From the NCBI GenBank assembly GCA_039818205.1, contig JBCBUK010000005.1:64001-128000 (forward strand): DNA of 64,000 nt. Direction: 5' to 3'. The translations under genes were made by a program, and so were the position numbers. This DNA comes from Verrucomicrobiota bacterium. GTDB taxonomy: Bacteria; Verrucomicrobiota; Verrucomicrobiia; Opitutales; Cerasicoccaceae. The notes below the pieces were generated by a model. It did not search any database. It was not told the DNA's origin and saw only the letters and a list, made by a program, of their open reading frames with translations. Positions 18,220-28,157 of the stretch are shown in pieces (the first letter of the stretch is position 1; each line of letters begins with the position of its first letter).

Positions 18220-19137
18220 TCATGTGATGGCCTGTTGCGCGGTCACTGTTCTCTGGGCAACGCGCCGGCATTCTTGGAGGAAAGCCAAAACACTTTTTCG
18301 CTTTTCATTGCGTTGCACGATTGCGCTAAAACTGGGGTCCCCAATGCGTCGATCCAGGCTGACAAACTTGACCTGCTCAGGGGCCATTGATTCAGCAATG
18401 GAGGGGATGAGCGTAAAACCGTCGATAGAGGCCACCGCCGCCATAGCGCTTTGAATGCTGTTGGCTTTGATAAGGGGTGCGTAATCCCAACCGGCATCCT
18501 CACAGGCCAATCGAATCGCACGCTCGCAATCTACGAAATCAATTGGCGACAGGCTAATCAGTTGCATCCCAGTAACGGCATCTGTGCTAACCATCGACTG
18601 GCTGGCAATTGGGTTCTCGGCGGAGACGACGAGAGACATTTCCAAGTCGTAGATTTTGAAAAAGTCATAGGTTGTTGCAAGGTATTCGGGCGCAATACCA
18701 ATGAAAGCAATGTCCAAATTACCCTCATCCAGTCCGTCAATCTGCTCCTTCGGGCTCATCTCATACGGGTGAATGGAGATCGAGGGCATGGTTTGGCAGA
18801 AGGTCTGTAGCGCCGAGCCTAGAAACGCGTTCAGAGCAGTCGTCAGGTAACCAACTTCAAGGTGTTCGTCTTTATCACGACCCATTTGACGCAGCTCTTC
18901 GACGGTCTCATCGAGGATCAATAGCGCTTCATCCGCGCGAGGCAGGAGCTTCTGGCCGGCATCGGTCAAAGTGACACCGCTACTGGTGCGATTAAATAAA
19001 GTCGTCCCGATTTCTTCCTCTAGCTCTTTGATGCTGCGACTCAGCACTGGCTGAGTGACGCCAAGCCTCTTGGCCGCACGGCTGAAGCTGTGTTCTTCCG
19101 CCACAGCCATGAAATAGTTTAAACGCCTTAGGTCCAT
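18220..19137 (-). CDS. LysR-family transcriptional regulator
   Basis: MDLRRLNYFMAVAEEHSFSRAAKRLGVTQPVLSRSIKELEEEIGTTLFNR HTH; divergent from the pirin operon. Confidence 0.97.
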   Translation of the reverse strand: MDLRRLNYFMAVAEEHSFSRAAKRLGVTQPVLSRSIKELEEEIGTTLFNRTSSGVTLTDAGQKLLPRADEALLILDETVEELRQMGRDKDEHLEVGYLTTALNAFLGSALQTFCQTMPSISIHPYEMSPKEQIDGLDEGNLDIAFIGIAPEYLATTYDFFKIYDLEMSLVVSAENPIASQSMVSTDAVTGMQLISLSPIDFVDCERAIRLACEDAGWDYAPLIKANSIQSAMAAVASIDGFTLIPSIAESMAPEQVKFVSLDRRIGDPSFSAIVQRNEKRKSVLAFLQECRRVAQRTVTAQQAIT

Positions 19138-19220
19138 ATTCTGCCGTTAATTTTTACCACGTGCACAGTTTGACGCAAGCCAAGAGCATTCGCCGCACGT
19201 CCGTCAAGGGAAGCATAGGG

Positions 19221-19239
19221 TTATGCTTTTTAGGCATAA
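19221..19239. promoter_or_regulatory. Putative LysR binding box
   Basis: TTATGC-N7-GCATAA inverted repeat containing T-N11-A, in the divergent intergenic region. Confidence 0.6.
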
Positions 19240-19295
19240 GACAAAGGCAGGCACCCGTGTTATCTTTTCAAACACTAACACAATTTGGAGTTATT

Positions 19296-20015
19296 ATGTT
19301 AACTGTAGATGAAAACAACATCCTCATCCGCCGGTCTAGAGAACGTGGCAGCACGCAACTTGGCTGGTTGGGCAGTAAACACAGCTTTTCGTTCGGATCG
19401 TACTGCGATCCCAATTTTGTCGGCTACCGTTCTTTACGCGTCATTAACGAAGACATAGTCGACCCGGGCAAGGGTTTCGAGAGCCATCCTCATCGTTCAA
19501 TGGAGATTCTTTCCTATGTTATTAGTGGGGAGCTGGAGCACAAGGACAGTTTGGGTAATGGCCGGGTCATCCAGGCGGGCGAGTTTCAGTATATGAGCGC
19601 AGGCTCTGGCGTCATCCATAGTGAATACAATCCGTCAAACGCGAACTCAGTACACTTTATCCAGATCTGGATCGAACCGCGCAATCAGGGTGGCGTCCCC
19701 AGATACGAGGAGCGGGACACCAACCACTACGCATCTTCCAACAGCCTTTCCTTGCTTGCCTCACCGGATGGGCGCGAAGGTTCGGTCGCGATGCGACAGG
19801 ACACACTAGTTTACCTAGGCAAACTAGCGGTCGATGACCAGTTGAGCGTTTCATCCAGCGCTTCCAATTCCTATAGCTGGCTGCAAATGATCAAAGGAAA
19901 ACTGAAAATTAACTGCCACGAGCTTCAGCCCGGCGACGGGGCCTCCATCGAAAAGCAAAACATGACGCTGCAAGCTCTCTCAGCCTGCGAGTTTCTCCTC
20001 TTTCGCCTCTCATAG
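19296..20015 (+). CDS. Pirin family protein (YhhW-like)
   Basis: HSFSFG, LRVINED, GFESHPHRSMEI, HKDSLGN, MSAGSGVIHSEYN, QIWIEP; GGAG upstream. Confidence 0.95.
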   Translation: MLTVDENNILIRRSRERGSTQLGWLGSKHSFSFGSYCDPNFVGYRSLRVINEDIVDPGKGFESHPHRSMEILSYVISGELEHKDSLGNGRVIQAGEFQYMSAGSGVIHSEYNPSNANSVHFIQIWIEPRNQGGVPRYEERDTNHYASSNSLSLLASPDGREGSVAMRQDTLVYLGKLAVDDQLSVSSSASNSYSWLQMIKGKLKINCHELQPGDGASIEKQNMTLQALSACEFLLFRLS

Positions 20016-20090
20016 TATGCTTCAATAATATTAATTAACAACATGATTTCATTAAAATCACTATAGTGTCATGCAACAAGAAGCGTTAAA

Positions 20091-21896
20091 ATGAATACAA
20101 CAAACCGTAGAGATTTTATAAAAACGACCGCTGCAGCCTCGGCTGGCATGCTGGTCGGCAACACGCTTCTGGCTGAGGCGCAAGGCCACAGTGCGGATAA
20201 GCCGCTTGTTATTACGAATGCCAAAGTGCTAACGATCGACCACCAAAACCGCATTGCAGAAGCCTTCATCATCGAGGACGGATACTTCACCTTTGTCGGT
20301 AACTCTGCAGATGCTCTGGCCAAAAAGCCGGCCGGAGCCAACGTCATCGACGCGAAAGGAGCGACCATTATACCGGGGCTCAATGACTCGCACACGCATG
20401 TGATTCGTGGCGGAATGATGTATGCGCTTGAGCTGCGCTGGGACAACGTCACTTCGGTCGAAGAAGGCCTCGAATTGATCCGCCTGCAAGCGGCCCGCAC
20501 TCCGAAGGGGCAGTGGATTCGCGTAGTCGGTGGTTGGACTTACGAGCAATTTAAAGAAAAGCGCATGCCGACGCTGGACGAAATCAACAAAGTCGCCCCC
20601 AACCATCCGGTCCTTGTTAAATACCTCTACGCTCACGCTTGGCTGAATAAAAAAGCGATCGAAGAAATTGGCTACAATGGCCCCGACGCGCCGATCTATC
20701 CAGGAGGGTATATCGCCCGAAATCGCAATGGCAATGCGACAGGAATGCTCATGGCCGATCCTTCCGGACTCATTCTTTACAAGACGCTGCAGCGGACGCC
20801 AAAGCTCTCAAAGGACGACCAGTATCTTTCCAGCCGCCATTACCATCGCGAGCTGAACGGTCTCGGCATCACCAGCGTCGCCGACTGCGGCGGTGGCGGC
20901 ATGGTCTTTCCAACCGCTTACGATGTCATCCAACGCCTACACGACAAGGGCGACCAAACCGTCCGTGTCGGCTACTCCACTTTCCCGCAAGTTAAGGGTC
21001 AGGAAGACGACGACTATCGCCGCTGGACCAAGACTTGGAAAGCCGGTCAGGGCGACAACATGCTCCGCTTCATCGGAGCGGGGGAGAACATCTGCTGGGC
21101 GGCTTACGACTACGAGATTTTCCGCATGTCGCGTCCGGATATCGACCGCGATGCGGAGATTCGCCAAGAGCATATCCTCCGCACCATTCACGCGGCCGGC
21201 TGGCCGTCCCGCCAGCACATGACGTATAACGAGACGATTGATCGCCTCCTTCCGGTCTACGAAAAAGTCGCGCATCAGCTTGGTGGACTTTCCGGCCACT
21301 GGTGTATCGACCACGCGGAGACGATCACCGATGTGAATCTTGAAAAGATCGCCCGTCTCGGTGGCGGTATCGCGATTCAGAATCGTATCGCTTACCAAGC
21401 ACAGGATTTCATCGAGCAATACGGCTCCGAGGAACTCGCGCAAACACCACCCGTTCGCAAGATGCTCGACATGGGCATCCCTGTTGGCGGCGGCACCGAC
21501 TCGACCCGCGTCTCCAGCTATAACCCATGGCTCTCTCTTGAGTGGCTCGTCACTGGTAAGTCACTCGGCGGCCTGCAAATGTATGGCGACGAGAACATTC
21601 TCAACCGGATGGAAGCGCTCCGTATCTGGACCAAGGGCAGTGCTTGGTTCACAAACGAAGAGAAGGAAAAAGGTGCAATTGAAAAAGGTCAGCTCGCTGA
21701 CTTCGCCCTCCTCGACCGTGACTATCTCAACATCGCGGATGACGAAGTCCGGATGATTCGCTCCGACATGACCGTCGTCGGCGGACGCGTCGTCCACGGC
21801 AAGGGTCGCTACGAAATGTATGCACCCGTTCTTCCGAACCTTCGTCCCGGATGGTCGCCCGTCAATGAGTTCGGCGGCTTCTATCCAAACTCCTAG
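20091..21896 (+). CDS. Amidohydrolase 3 (YtcJ-like) with a Tat signal peptide
   Basis: NRRDFIK twin-arginine leader; PGLNDSHTHVIRGG; IDHAET; GGGTDSTRVSSYNPW; GQLADF. Confidence 0.93.
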   Translation: MNTTNRRDFIKTTAAASAGMLVGNTLLAEAQGHSADKPLVITNAKVLTIDHQNRIAEAFIIEDGYFTFVGNSADALAKKPAGANVIDAKGATIIPGLNDSHTHVIRGGMMYALELRWDNVTSVEEGLELIRLQAARTPKGQWIRVVGGWTYEQFKEKRMPTLDEINKVAPNHPVLVKYLYAHAWLNKKAIEEIGYNGPDAPIYPGGYIARNRNGNATGMLMADPSGLILYKTLQRTPKLSKDDQYLSSRHYHRELNGLGITSVADCGGGGMVFPTAYDVIQRLHDKGDQTVRVGYSTFPQVKGQEDDDYRRWTKTWKAGQGDNMLRFIGAGENICWAAYDYEIFRMSRPDIDRDAEIRQEHILRTIHAAGWPSRQHMTYNETIDRLLPVYEKVAHQLGGLSGHWCIDHAETITDVNLEKIARLGGGIAIQNRIAYQAQDFIEQYGSEELAQTPPVRKMLDMGIPVGGGTDSTRVSSYNPWLSLEWLVTGKSLGGLQMYGDENILNRMEALRIWTKGSAWFTNEEKEKGAIEKGQLADFALLDRDYLNIADDEVRMIRSDMTVVGGRVVHGKGRYEMYAPVLPNLRPGWSPVNEFGGFYPNS

Positions 21897-21967
21897 GCCC
21901 AACAAAAAAATTTACTTATTCAAGTAATCAAAAACTAAGAAACTAAAGACAAATAAATATACACATC

Positions 21968-22654
21968 ATGCCAGACTACCACAAACTATTCACAGCTGAG
22001 GACAGCGCCGTTGTCTTCATCGATCACCAACCGCAAATGACATTCGGCGTCGCGAACATCGATCGCGCGACTCTGATGCAAAACACAGTTCTTCTTGCGA
22101 AAGTTGCTAAGGAATTTGGGGTTCCTGCGATCCTGACTGCAGTTGAGACTGAGAGCTTCTCCGGTTACATCTGGCCTGAGCTCATGGACGTCTTCCCGGA
22201 CCAACAGCCAATCGAGCGAACCAGCATGAATTCTTGGGATGACAACGGTTTCCGCGATGCGATCAAGGCAACTGGCAAGAAGAACATCATCATGACCGGT
22301 CTTTGGACTGAAGTTTGCGTGACTTGGCCAACCATCGAGATGCTTGGTGAAGGTTACAACATCTACGTCGTTGAAGACTGCTGTGGCGCGACATCACCTG
22401 CCGCACACGAAGCAGCTCTCAGTCGCATGGTTCAAGCTGGCGCCGTTCGCCTCACCACAATCGGTGGCCTCCTGGAATGGCAGCGTGACTGGGCAAACCG
22501 TGAGCACTACAATGAGCTCATGAACCTTCTTAAGCCAGCTGCTGGTGCATACGGTGTGGGCGTTGAGTATGCTTACACAATGGTTCACAAGGCGCCACAA
22601 TCCGCCAAGAACGCACAAGTCGTCACACCATCTGCTGGTTCCGTCGAGAGCTAA
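21968..22654 (+). CDS. YcaC-like isochorismatase-family cysteine hydrolase
   Basis: FIDHQPQM, ERTSMNSW, GLWTEVCV, EWQRDW. Confidence 0.93.
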   Translation: MPDYHKLFTAEDSAVVFIDHQPQMTFGVANIDRATLMQNTVLLAKVAKEFGVPAILTAVETESFSGYIWPELMDVFPDQQPIERTSMNSWDDNGFRDAIKATGKKNIIMTGLWTEVCVTWPTIEMLGEGYNIYVVEDCCGATSPAAHEAALSRMVQAGAVRLTTIGGLLEWQRDWANREHYNELMNLLKPAAGAYGVGVEYAYTMVHKAPQSAKNAQVVTPSAGSVES

Positions 22655-22682
22655 GCGCAGGTTGATTGTTATTCAATCAGTT

Positions 22683-22710
22683 TGAGCGGCCGTGCGTACA
22701 CGGCCGCTCA
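22683..22710 (+). terminator. 12-bp perfect hairpin after the ycaC-like gene (terminator or mRNA stabiliser)
   Basis: TGAGCGGCCGTG-CGTA-CACGGCCGCTCA followed by TTTC. Confidence 0.55.
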
Positions 22711-22735
22711 TTTCAACCACCCAGATTTTCTTCCA

Positions 22736-24445
22736 ATGAGCACTGATACAGAAGCCATCGTGATCGTAAAGAACGCCAAGATCACCACGATGAACCCGCA
22801 ACAACCTGAGGCGACCTGTCTCGCTCTCGCCGATGGTAAATTTCTCGCCGTTGGAAATGATGAAGATGTTGCGAATTACGAAGGCGCCTCCACCCGCGTA
22901 GTCGACGCCAAGCGGCACCGCTTGATTCCCGGCCTGAACGACTCGCACATCCACGGTATCCGCCAGGGGCTCAACTATTCGATGGAGCTCCGCTGGGATG
23001 CTCAAACCACACTTTCCGAAGCCTTGTTCCGCCTCAAGGAGCAAGCCATGCGCACACCTCCGGGGCAGTGGGTCCGCGTCGTCGGCGGTTGGAGTTACAA
23101 CCAGTTTGCCGAGCAGCGTCACCCAACAATCGACGAAATCAATGTCGCGACCGGTGACACACCCGCCTACGTGCTTCACCTATATGATTACGCCGTGCTC
23201 AACAAAGCAGGCCTAAAAGCACTCGGTTTTGATAAAGATCGCGCCGACACTTTTCCCGGTGGCCGTATCATCCGTGGACCAAAGGGGAACCCAACCGGCA
23301 TGTTCATCGCTGTGCCCAGCGCGGTGATTCTCTACTCGCTCCTCAACATGCTACCAAAGCTCGATGAGGACGAAGCCTATCTTTCCAGCCGCCACTTCAT
23401 GAAGGAGATGAACCGCTTTGGCGTGACCAGTTTCCTCGATGCCGGTGGAGGTTTCCTCAACTATCCAGACGACTACGGCGTCATCCGCAAGCTGCGCGAA
23501 GAAAACAAGATGACCACCCGTATCGGCTTCAACCTCTTTGCCCAAAAGGCGGGCGGTGAGCTGGCAGACTTCGAGCGTTGGACGGAAACCTTCAAGCCGG
23601 ACGAAGGCGACCACATGCTCAAGATCAATGGTGCGGGTGAAATGCTTCGCGCCTCCGCCTACGACTTCGAGGACTTCATTCTCCCGCGTCCCGACTTCAA
23701 GGAAACCATGGAGGAGGATCTCTTCGAGGTTGTCGAGCTCCTCGCCCGCAAGCGCTGGCCCTTCCGTTTCCACGCCACCTACGATGAAAGCGCGACCCGT
23801 ATCCTCAACGTCCTGGAAACAGTGAACCGCGAGTATCCACTGGAAGGCCTCCACTGGATCTTTGACCACGGCGAAACGCTTAAGGAAAGGAACATCGAGC
23901 GTATCGCGAAAATGGGCGGTGGTATCTCCGTGCAGAATCGAATCGCCTTTCAGGAGAAGCAATTCCTCGACCGTTACGGTTCCGACATGGCCAACGACGC
24001 GCCACCGCTCAAAAAGATCATGGAGATGGGCGTGCCACTTGGTAACGGCACCGACGCGACACGTGTCTCTAGCTACAACCCGTGGCTTTCGATCCACTGG
24101 ACCGTCAGTGGTAAGGGCATGGGCGGCGCGACGCTCATCGGTAAAAAGAACCGCCTCGACCGCCACACCGCGCTCAAGCTCTACACCGACAATGCGTGGT
24201 TCTCACGCGAAGAAGACGTCAAAGGGCGCATTGAGCCCGGTATGCTCGCTGACTTCACCCTTCTTTCCGAAGACTACTTCACCATCGAAGAGGACGAAAT
24301 CCGCGACCTCGAGTCCGTGCTCACCATTCTCGACGGCGAAGTCGTCTACGGCAAGGGCCCATTCTCAGCACTCGCACCGGAAGATCTACCGGAGCTCGCC
24401 GAGTGGACACCCGTCAAAAACTACGGCGGTTTCGTTAGGCCATAA
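22736..24445 (+). CDS. Amidohydrolase 3 (YtcJ-like), cytoplasmic paralog
   Basis: PGLNDSHIHGIRQG, FHATYDES, FDHGET, GTDATRVSSYNPW; no signal peptide. Confidence 0.93.
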   Translation: MSTDTEAIVIVKNAKITTMNPQQPEATCLALADGKFLAVGNDEDVANYEGASTRVVDAKRHRLIPGLNDSHIHGIRQGLNYSMELRWDAQTTLSEALFRLKEQAMRTPPGQWVRVVGGWSYNQFAEQRHPTIDEINVATGDTPAYVLHLYDYAVLNKAGLKALGFDKDRADTFPGGRIIRGPKGNPTGMFIAVPSAVILYSLLNMLPKLDEDEAYLSSRHFMKEMNRFGVTSFLDAGGGFLNYPDDYGVIRKLREENKMTTRIGFNLFAQKAGGELADFERWTETFKPDEGDHMLKINGAGEMLRASAYDFEDFILPRPDFKETMEEDLFEVVELLARKRWPFRFHATYDESATRILNVLETVNREYPLEGLHWIFDHGETLKERNIERIAKMGGGISVQNRIAFQEKQFLDRYGSDMANDAPPLKKIMEMGVPLGNGTDATRVSSYNPWLSIHWTVSGKGMGGATLIGKKNRLDRHTALKLYTDNAWFSREEDVKGRIEPGMLADFTLLSEDYFTIEEDEIRDLESVLTILDGEVVYGKGPFSALAPEDLPELAEWTPVKNYGGFVRP

Positions 24446-24455
24446 ATTATTTTGT

Positions 24456-24530
24456 TAACCGCAGAGCTCGCTGAGAGCGCTGAGCGAAGGAGACTAGCTC
24501 TCCAAGATAGCTCTGCGAACTCTGCGGTTA
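24456..24530. repeat. REP-like palindromic element
   Basis: TAACCGCAGAG...CTCTGCGGTTA terminal inverted repeats with nested GCAGAG/CTCTGC-type submotifs. Confidence 0.6.
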
Positions 24531-24545
24531 GAACAAATTCCTAGG

Positions 24546-25580
24546 ATGATTCATTGTCTCATCACCCGCGAAGTTCGCGAAGGCAAAGAAGCCGAATTCG
24601 AGGCTGCCGTGCGCAGCTTCTTCTCCGATGCAATTTGTGATACCAATACCGCAGGAGCCCAGCTCGTCGCCCCGGTCAACGAAAGTTCACGAACTTATGG
24701 CATCCTACGCTCCTTTCCAGACGATGCCGCTCGCGATGCCTTTTATGCGTCCGACGGCTTTCGTGCCTGGTCGGAATACGTCTCCGAATTTGTCGAGGGC
24801 GAGGCCGTTCGGAAAGAGCTAAATGGCTTGGAAGCTTTCTTTCGAGATGAGGGCCCTGCAGGACCGCCGCCGACATGGAAAATGGCAATCATCACTTGGC
24901 TCGGTGTGAATTTTACCACCACGCCGCTGCTGCTCGTTCTCATGCCGCTGCTCGTCGGCACCTACGGGATAAAGTTTCCCTTCGATAACTTCGTTTTCAA
25001 TGTATTCGTTGTGGCACTACTTAGCTGGCTCGTCATGCCTGCTATCGCGAAGCTCTTTGACAAATGGTTGCATGCCAAGCCCGCTAAGCCAGCCGAACCA
25101 TCGAAAGCAAAGCAGTCCGGGGTGCCCAAGTTCTTGGCCATCTTCTTTGATTCCAAATCCTACGAGCCCGTTCGCGACCGTGCAATTGCCGCCTTCGCGC
25201 TCTTCCTGGGCATCACGACCGCCATGCTACACGGCTGGCCAAAACTGGTCGGCGCTTTTCATTACTTCACCAAGGCCGAACCTTGGCGGGATATTGATCT
25301 GGTTGTCGCCCTTGGGCTGCCATTTCCCGCCATCATGGCGACCTTCGCAGGTTGTATTCAGTTCTTCTGTAGTCTCGCGCTCAGTGTCGGATTCCTGACC
25401 CGCATCAACTCCATCATGGTAGGCTCGACTCTCATTGTCGCCCTCTATTGGAACGCCGCCCAAGGCAAAGACAATCAAGTCGCTCTGCTGTACTTTGCGG
25501 GCTTCACACTGCTCGCCGTCATCAACGGTGGTCGTATGAGCTTAGACTCTTTCATTAATCAGAAAAAGGTATTCGCATAA
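24546..25580 (+). CDS. Fusion: antibiotic-biosynthesis-monooxygenase-like membrane protein plus DoxX domain
   Basis: REVREGKEAEFE...GLEAFF...PPTWKMAIITWLG (ABM-like), then HGWPKL...LGLPFP...GFLTR...GGRMSLD (DoxX). Confidence 0.75.
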   Translation: MIHCLITREVREGKEAEFEAAVRSFFSDAICDTNTAGAQLVAPVNESSRTYGILRSFPDDAARDAFYASDGFRAWSEYVSEFVEGEAVRKELNGLEAFFRDEGPAGPPPTWKMAIITWLGVNFTTTPLLLVLMPLLVGTYGIKFPFDNFVFNVFVVALLSWLVMPAIAKLFDKWLHAKPAKPAEPSKAKQSGVPKFLAIFFDSKSYEPVRDRAIAAFALFLGITTAMLHGWPKLVGAFHYFTKAEPWRDIDLVVALGLPFPAIMATFAGCIQFFCSLALSVGFLTRINSIMVGSTLIVALYWNAAQGKDNQVALLYFAGFTLLAVINGGRMSLDSFINQKKVFA

Positions 25581-25586
25581 TAGATC

Positions 25587-27149
25587 ATGGGCTCCTTCTC
25601 ACCACTAAAAAACAAGGTGTTTCGGTCGCTATGGATTGCTACCGTTATTTCGAACATCGGACACTGGATGCACGAAGTCGGTGCGGCGTGGCTGATGACC
25701 GATCTAAGCGACTCGCCCTTCATGGTGGCTCTGGTGCAAACCTCCTTGACCTTACCGTTCTTTTTCTTCGCGCTGCCCGCAGGAGTGTTGACGGACTTGC
25801 TCGACCGCAGGAAATATCTTCTCACAATTCAAATCGGCGCAGCCATCGCGGCGGCGGCCCTAGCGATCACCGGGATCACGATAGGCTATACTCCGGTGAC
25901 CCTCTTGCTCTTTTCCTTCTTGCTCGGTCTCACCACGGCGATGACTGCACCGGCATGGCAAGCAGTCGTACCTGAGCTGGTCGATAAGTCGGAGTTGCCC
26001 AATGCCGTGGCGCTCAACGGCATGGGAGTCAATATCGCCCGTGCGATTGGACCGGCGGCAGCCGGGCTCTTGGTCGCCATGTCGGGACCAACGCTGGTCT
26101 TTGCACTCAACGCGCTCTCGTTCCTCTACATCACTTGGGCGCTTTGGCGCTGGAAACGACCGGCTAAGAAACAAAATCTGCCCCCGGAGCAATTTTGGGC
26201 AGCCGTCGTCACAGGGTTTCGGTTCATCCTGCATGCGCCGCCTTTCCGCGCCGTCCTTTATCGCATCGGCTGCTTCATGATCAGCGCGAGCGCGGTATGG
26301 GCTTTGTTGCCAGTCCTCGCTCGCAACGAACTGGGCCTGAACGCGACAGAATACGGGATACTGCTGGGCTCCCTTGGCGCGGGAGCCATTACCTTGGCTT
26401 CTCAGGTAACCGTCCTCAAAAAGCAGCTAGATCCAGCTCGCATGATTACCATTGGTGGCTTTGTTTTCGCGGGAGTCACCCTCGCGCTTGCTCTTGTTCA
26501 GAATTTCTGGGTGCTACTGCCGGTTATGTTCCTGGGCGGTGCCTCGTGGCTGAGCCTGCTCTCCACTTTTAACGTCGGCGCCCAAGCCGCGCTGCCTCCC
26601 TGGGTTCGTGGACGGGCACTCTCCGTCTACCTACTTATTTTCTTTGGCGGTATGGCGCTGGGTAGCCTGCTTTGGGGTGCGATTGCCGATCTGATTGGAA
26701 CGAGTAACACGCTTATGGCAGCCGCCGGGCTGCAACTCGTCGCCTGGTTCGTGACCCGCAAACTGCCAGTCCGCAATGGCGGCCAAAGCGAAATGACGCC
26801 CTCGCTTCACTGGCCAACCCCAAATTTTGACGGCGAGACCGTTACCGAACGGCCGCTGCTTTTGCAGAAAACCTATCTCGTGAATTCCGCTCGTGTTCAG
26901 GAATTCGTCAAGAAAGCCGAACGGCTTCGGTCCATACGGCTGCGCGACGGGGCAAACTTCTGGGGGATTTATGCTTCCTCCGAGAATCCAGGAGAGGTCT
27001 ATGAGTTCTTCCAGCACAACTCGGCCATCGACCATATTCGCAGCCACGAGCGTTTCACCAAGGAAGACCAAGATTTCGAGCAAGAGCTTCTCGAATTTCA
27101 TATCGGAGAGGAACCACCAAAAGTACTGCACTATACGCAGATGTGGTAG
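25587..27149 (+). CDS. MFS transporter (MFS_3-type with soluble C-terminal extension)
   Basis: FRSLWIATVISNIGHWMHEVGAAWLMT, PAWQAVVPELV, NIARAIGPA, RLRDGA tail. Confidence 0.92.
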   Translation: MGSFSPLKNKVFRSLWIATVISNIGHWMHEVGAAWLMTDLSDSPFMVALVQTSLTLPFFFFALPAGVLTDLLDRRKYLLTIQIGAAIAAAALAITGITIGYTPVTLLLFSFLLGLTTAMTAPAWQAVVPELVDKSELPNAVALNGMGVNIARAIGPAAAGLLVAMSGPTLVFALNALSFLYITWALWRWKRPAKKQNLPPEQFWAAVVTGFRFILHAPPFRAVLYRIGCFMISASAVWALLPVLARNELGLNATEYGILLGSLGAGAITLASQVTVLKKQLDPARMITIGGFVFAGVTLALALVQNFWVLLPVMFLGGASWLSLLSTFNVGAQAALPPWVRGRALSVYLLIFFGGMALGSLLWGAIADLIGTSNTLMAAAGLQLVAWFVTRKLPVRNGGQSEMTPSLHWPTPNFDGETVTERPLLLQKTYLVNSARVQEFVKKAERLRSIRLRDGANFWGIYASSENPGEVYEFFQHNSAIDHIRSHERFTKEDQDFEQELLEFHIGEEPPKVLHYTQMW

Positions 27150-27203
27150 TCTCATTTTCGTTTACATAACCCAATCACCGAACACCTAACCAAAGATACT
27201 AGC

Positions 27204-28112
27204 ATGCTCCCAAATCCCAATGACTGTCATTTCCGAACAGCCAACGCCGTGGAGACTTTCGAAGGCGTCGTGGTTGACGTTCGCACGCCTGAAGCCTATG
27301 CGGAGGCTCACATTCCCGGAACTGATAACCACTGCGTTTACCAAGTGGACTTCCTGGAAAGTTTTCCCGAAGCGTATCCGGACAAAAAAACTGAAATTCT
27401 CGTTTATGGAGACGGCGAACCGTATAAGGCGGACTTGGCCGCGCTCGGCCGTCTGCAAGCACTCGGCTATACGGATGTGTCCATTCTCAAAGGCGGACTC
27501 ACACAATGGCTGGCGGAATCACGTACCGTCGAAGGGGAGGAGAAAACCGCAGGCGAGACAATTGGAGCGCTTAGCCTTGTCTTGGAAGCCAAACGGACTA
27601 AAGTCCGCTGGGTGGGGCGCAACCTGCTCAACCAGCACTATGGTGAAATCATAGCCAAAGACGGTTTTCTGGAATTGAACGCAAATGGTCAACCGACCGC
27701 AGGCAAGGTAACTGTTGATCTACGTAAGATAATCAACCACGACATCGAAGATAAATCGCTTGCTAAGGGCCTCATCAGCCACTTGGCCAGTGCAGACTTT
27801 TTTGACGTGGAAAATCATCCCGATGCATTCTATGAACTGTCGTCAGCTAAGCCCCTCGCTGCTTCGACCTATGGAAAGCCAAACTATCGGGTTAGCGGTT
27901 TAATGACGGCCCGAGGGAAAACGATGGCGTTAGATATCGAGGCACTAATCGAACCCATTGAAAGCGGCTACGTGTTCCAGGCGACCTTCGACTTTGATCG
28001 AACTCAAGTGGGTGCGCTCTATGGCTCTGGTAGGATTTTTGAGCGTCTGGGCATGCACTTGGTGAATGATCTCGTCAGCGTAGATGTCGCTGCCTTTTTC
28101 ACGGCATCGTAA
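27204..28112 (+). CDS. Rhodanese-like plus YceI-like fusion protein
   Basis: VDVRTPEAYAEAHIPG and LKGGLTQW (rhodanese); VRWVGR and HLASADFFDVENHPDA (YceI). Confidence 0.85.
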   Translation: MLPNPNDCHFRTANAVETFEGVVVDVRTPEAYAEAHIPGTDNHCVYQVDFLESFPEAYPDKKTEILVYGDGEPYKADLAALGRLQALGYTDVSILKGGLTQWLAESRTVEGEEKTAGETIGALSLVLEAKRTKVRWVGRNLLNQHYGEIIAKDGFLELNANGQPTAGKVTVDLRKIINHDIEDKSLAKGLISHLASADFFDVENHPDAFYELSSAKPLAASTYGKPNYRVSGLMTARGKTMALDIEALIEPIESGYVFQATFDFDRTQVGALYGSGRIFERLGMHLVNDLVSVDVAAFFTAS

Positions 28113-28157
28113 TCATCTTTGCGCCAAGCGCTTTTTGTAGCAGCAACTAGGATTCCA

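Noticed and set aside
23351..24166. Long antisense or overlapping ORFs (also 48540-49577, 51292-52134, 33839-34594, 38575-39252)
   Set aside because: They lie opposite well-supported genes and carry no recognisable motifs, as expected from codon bias.
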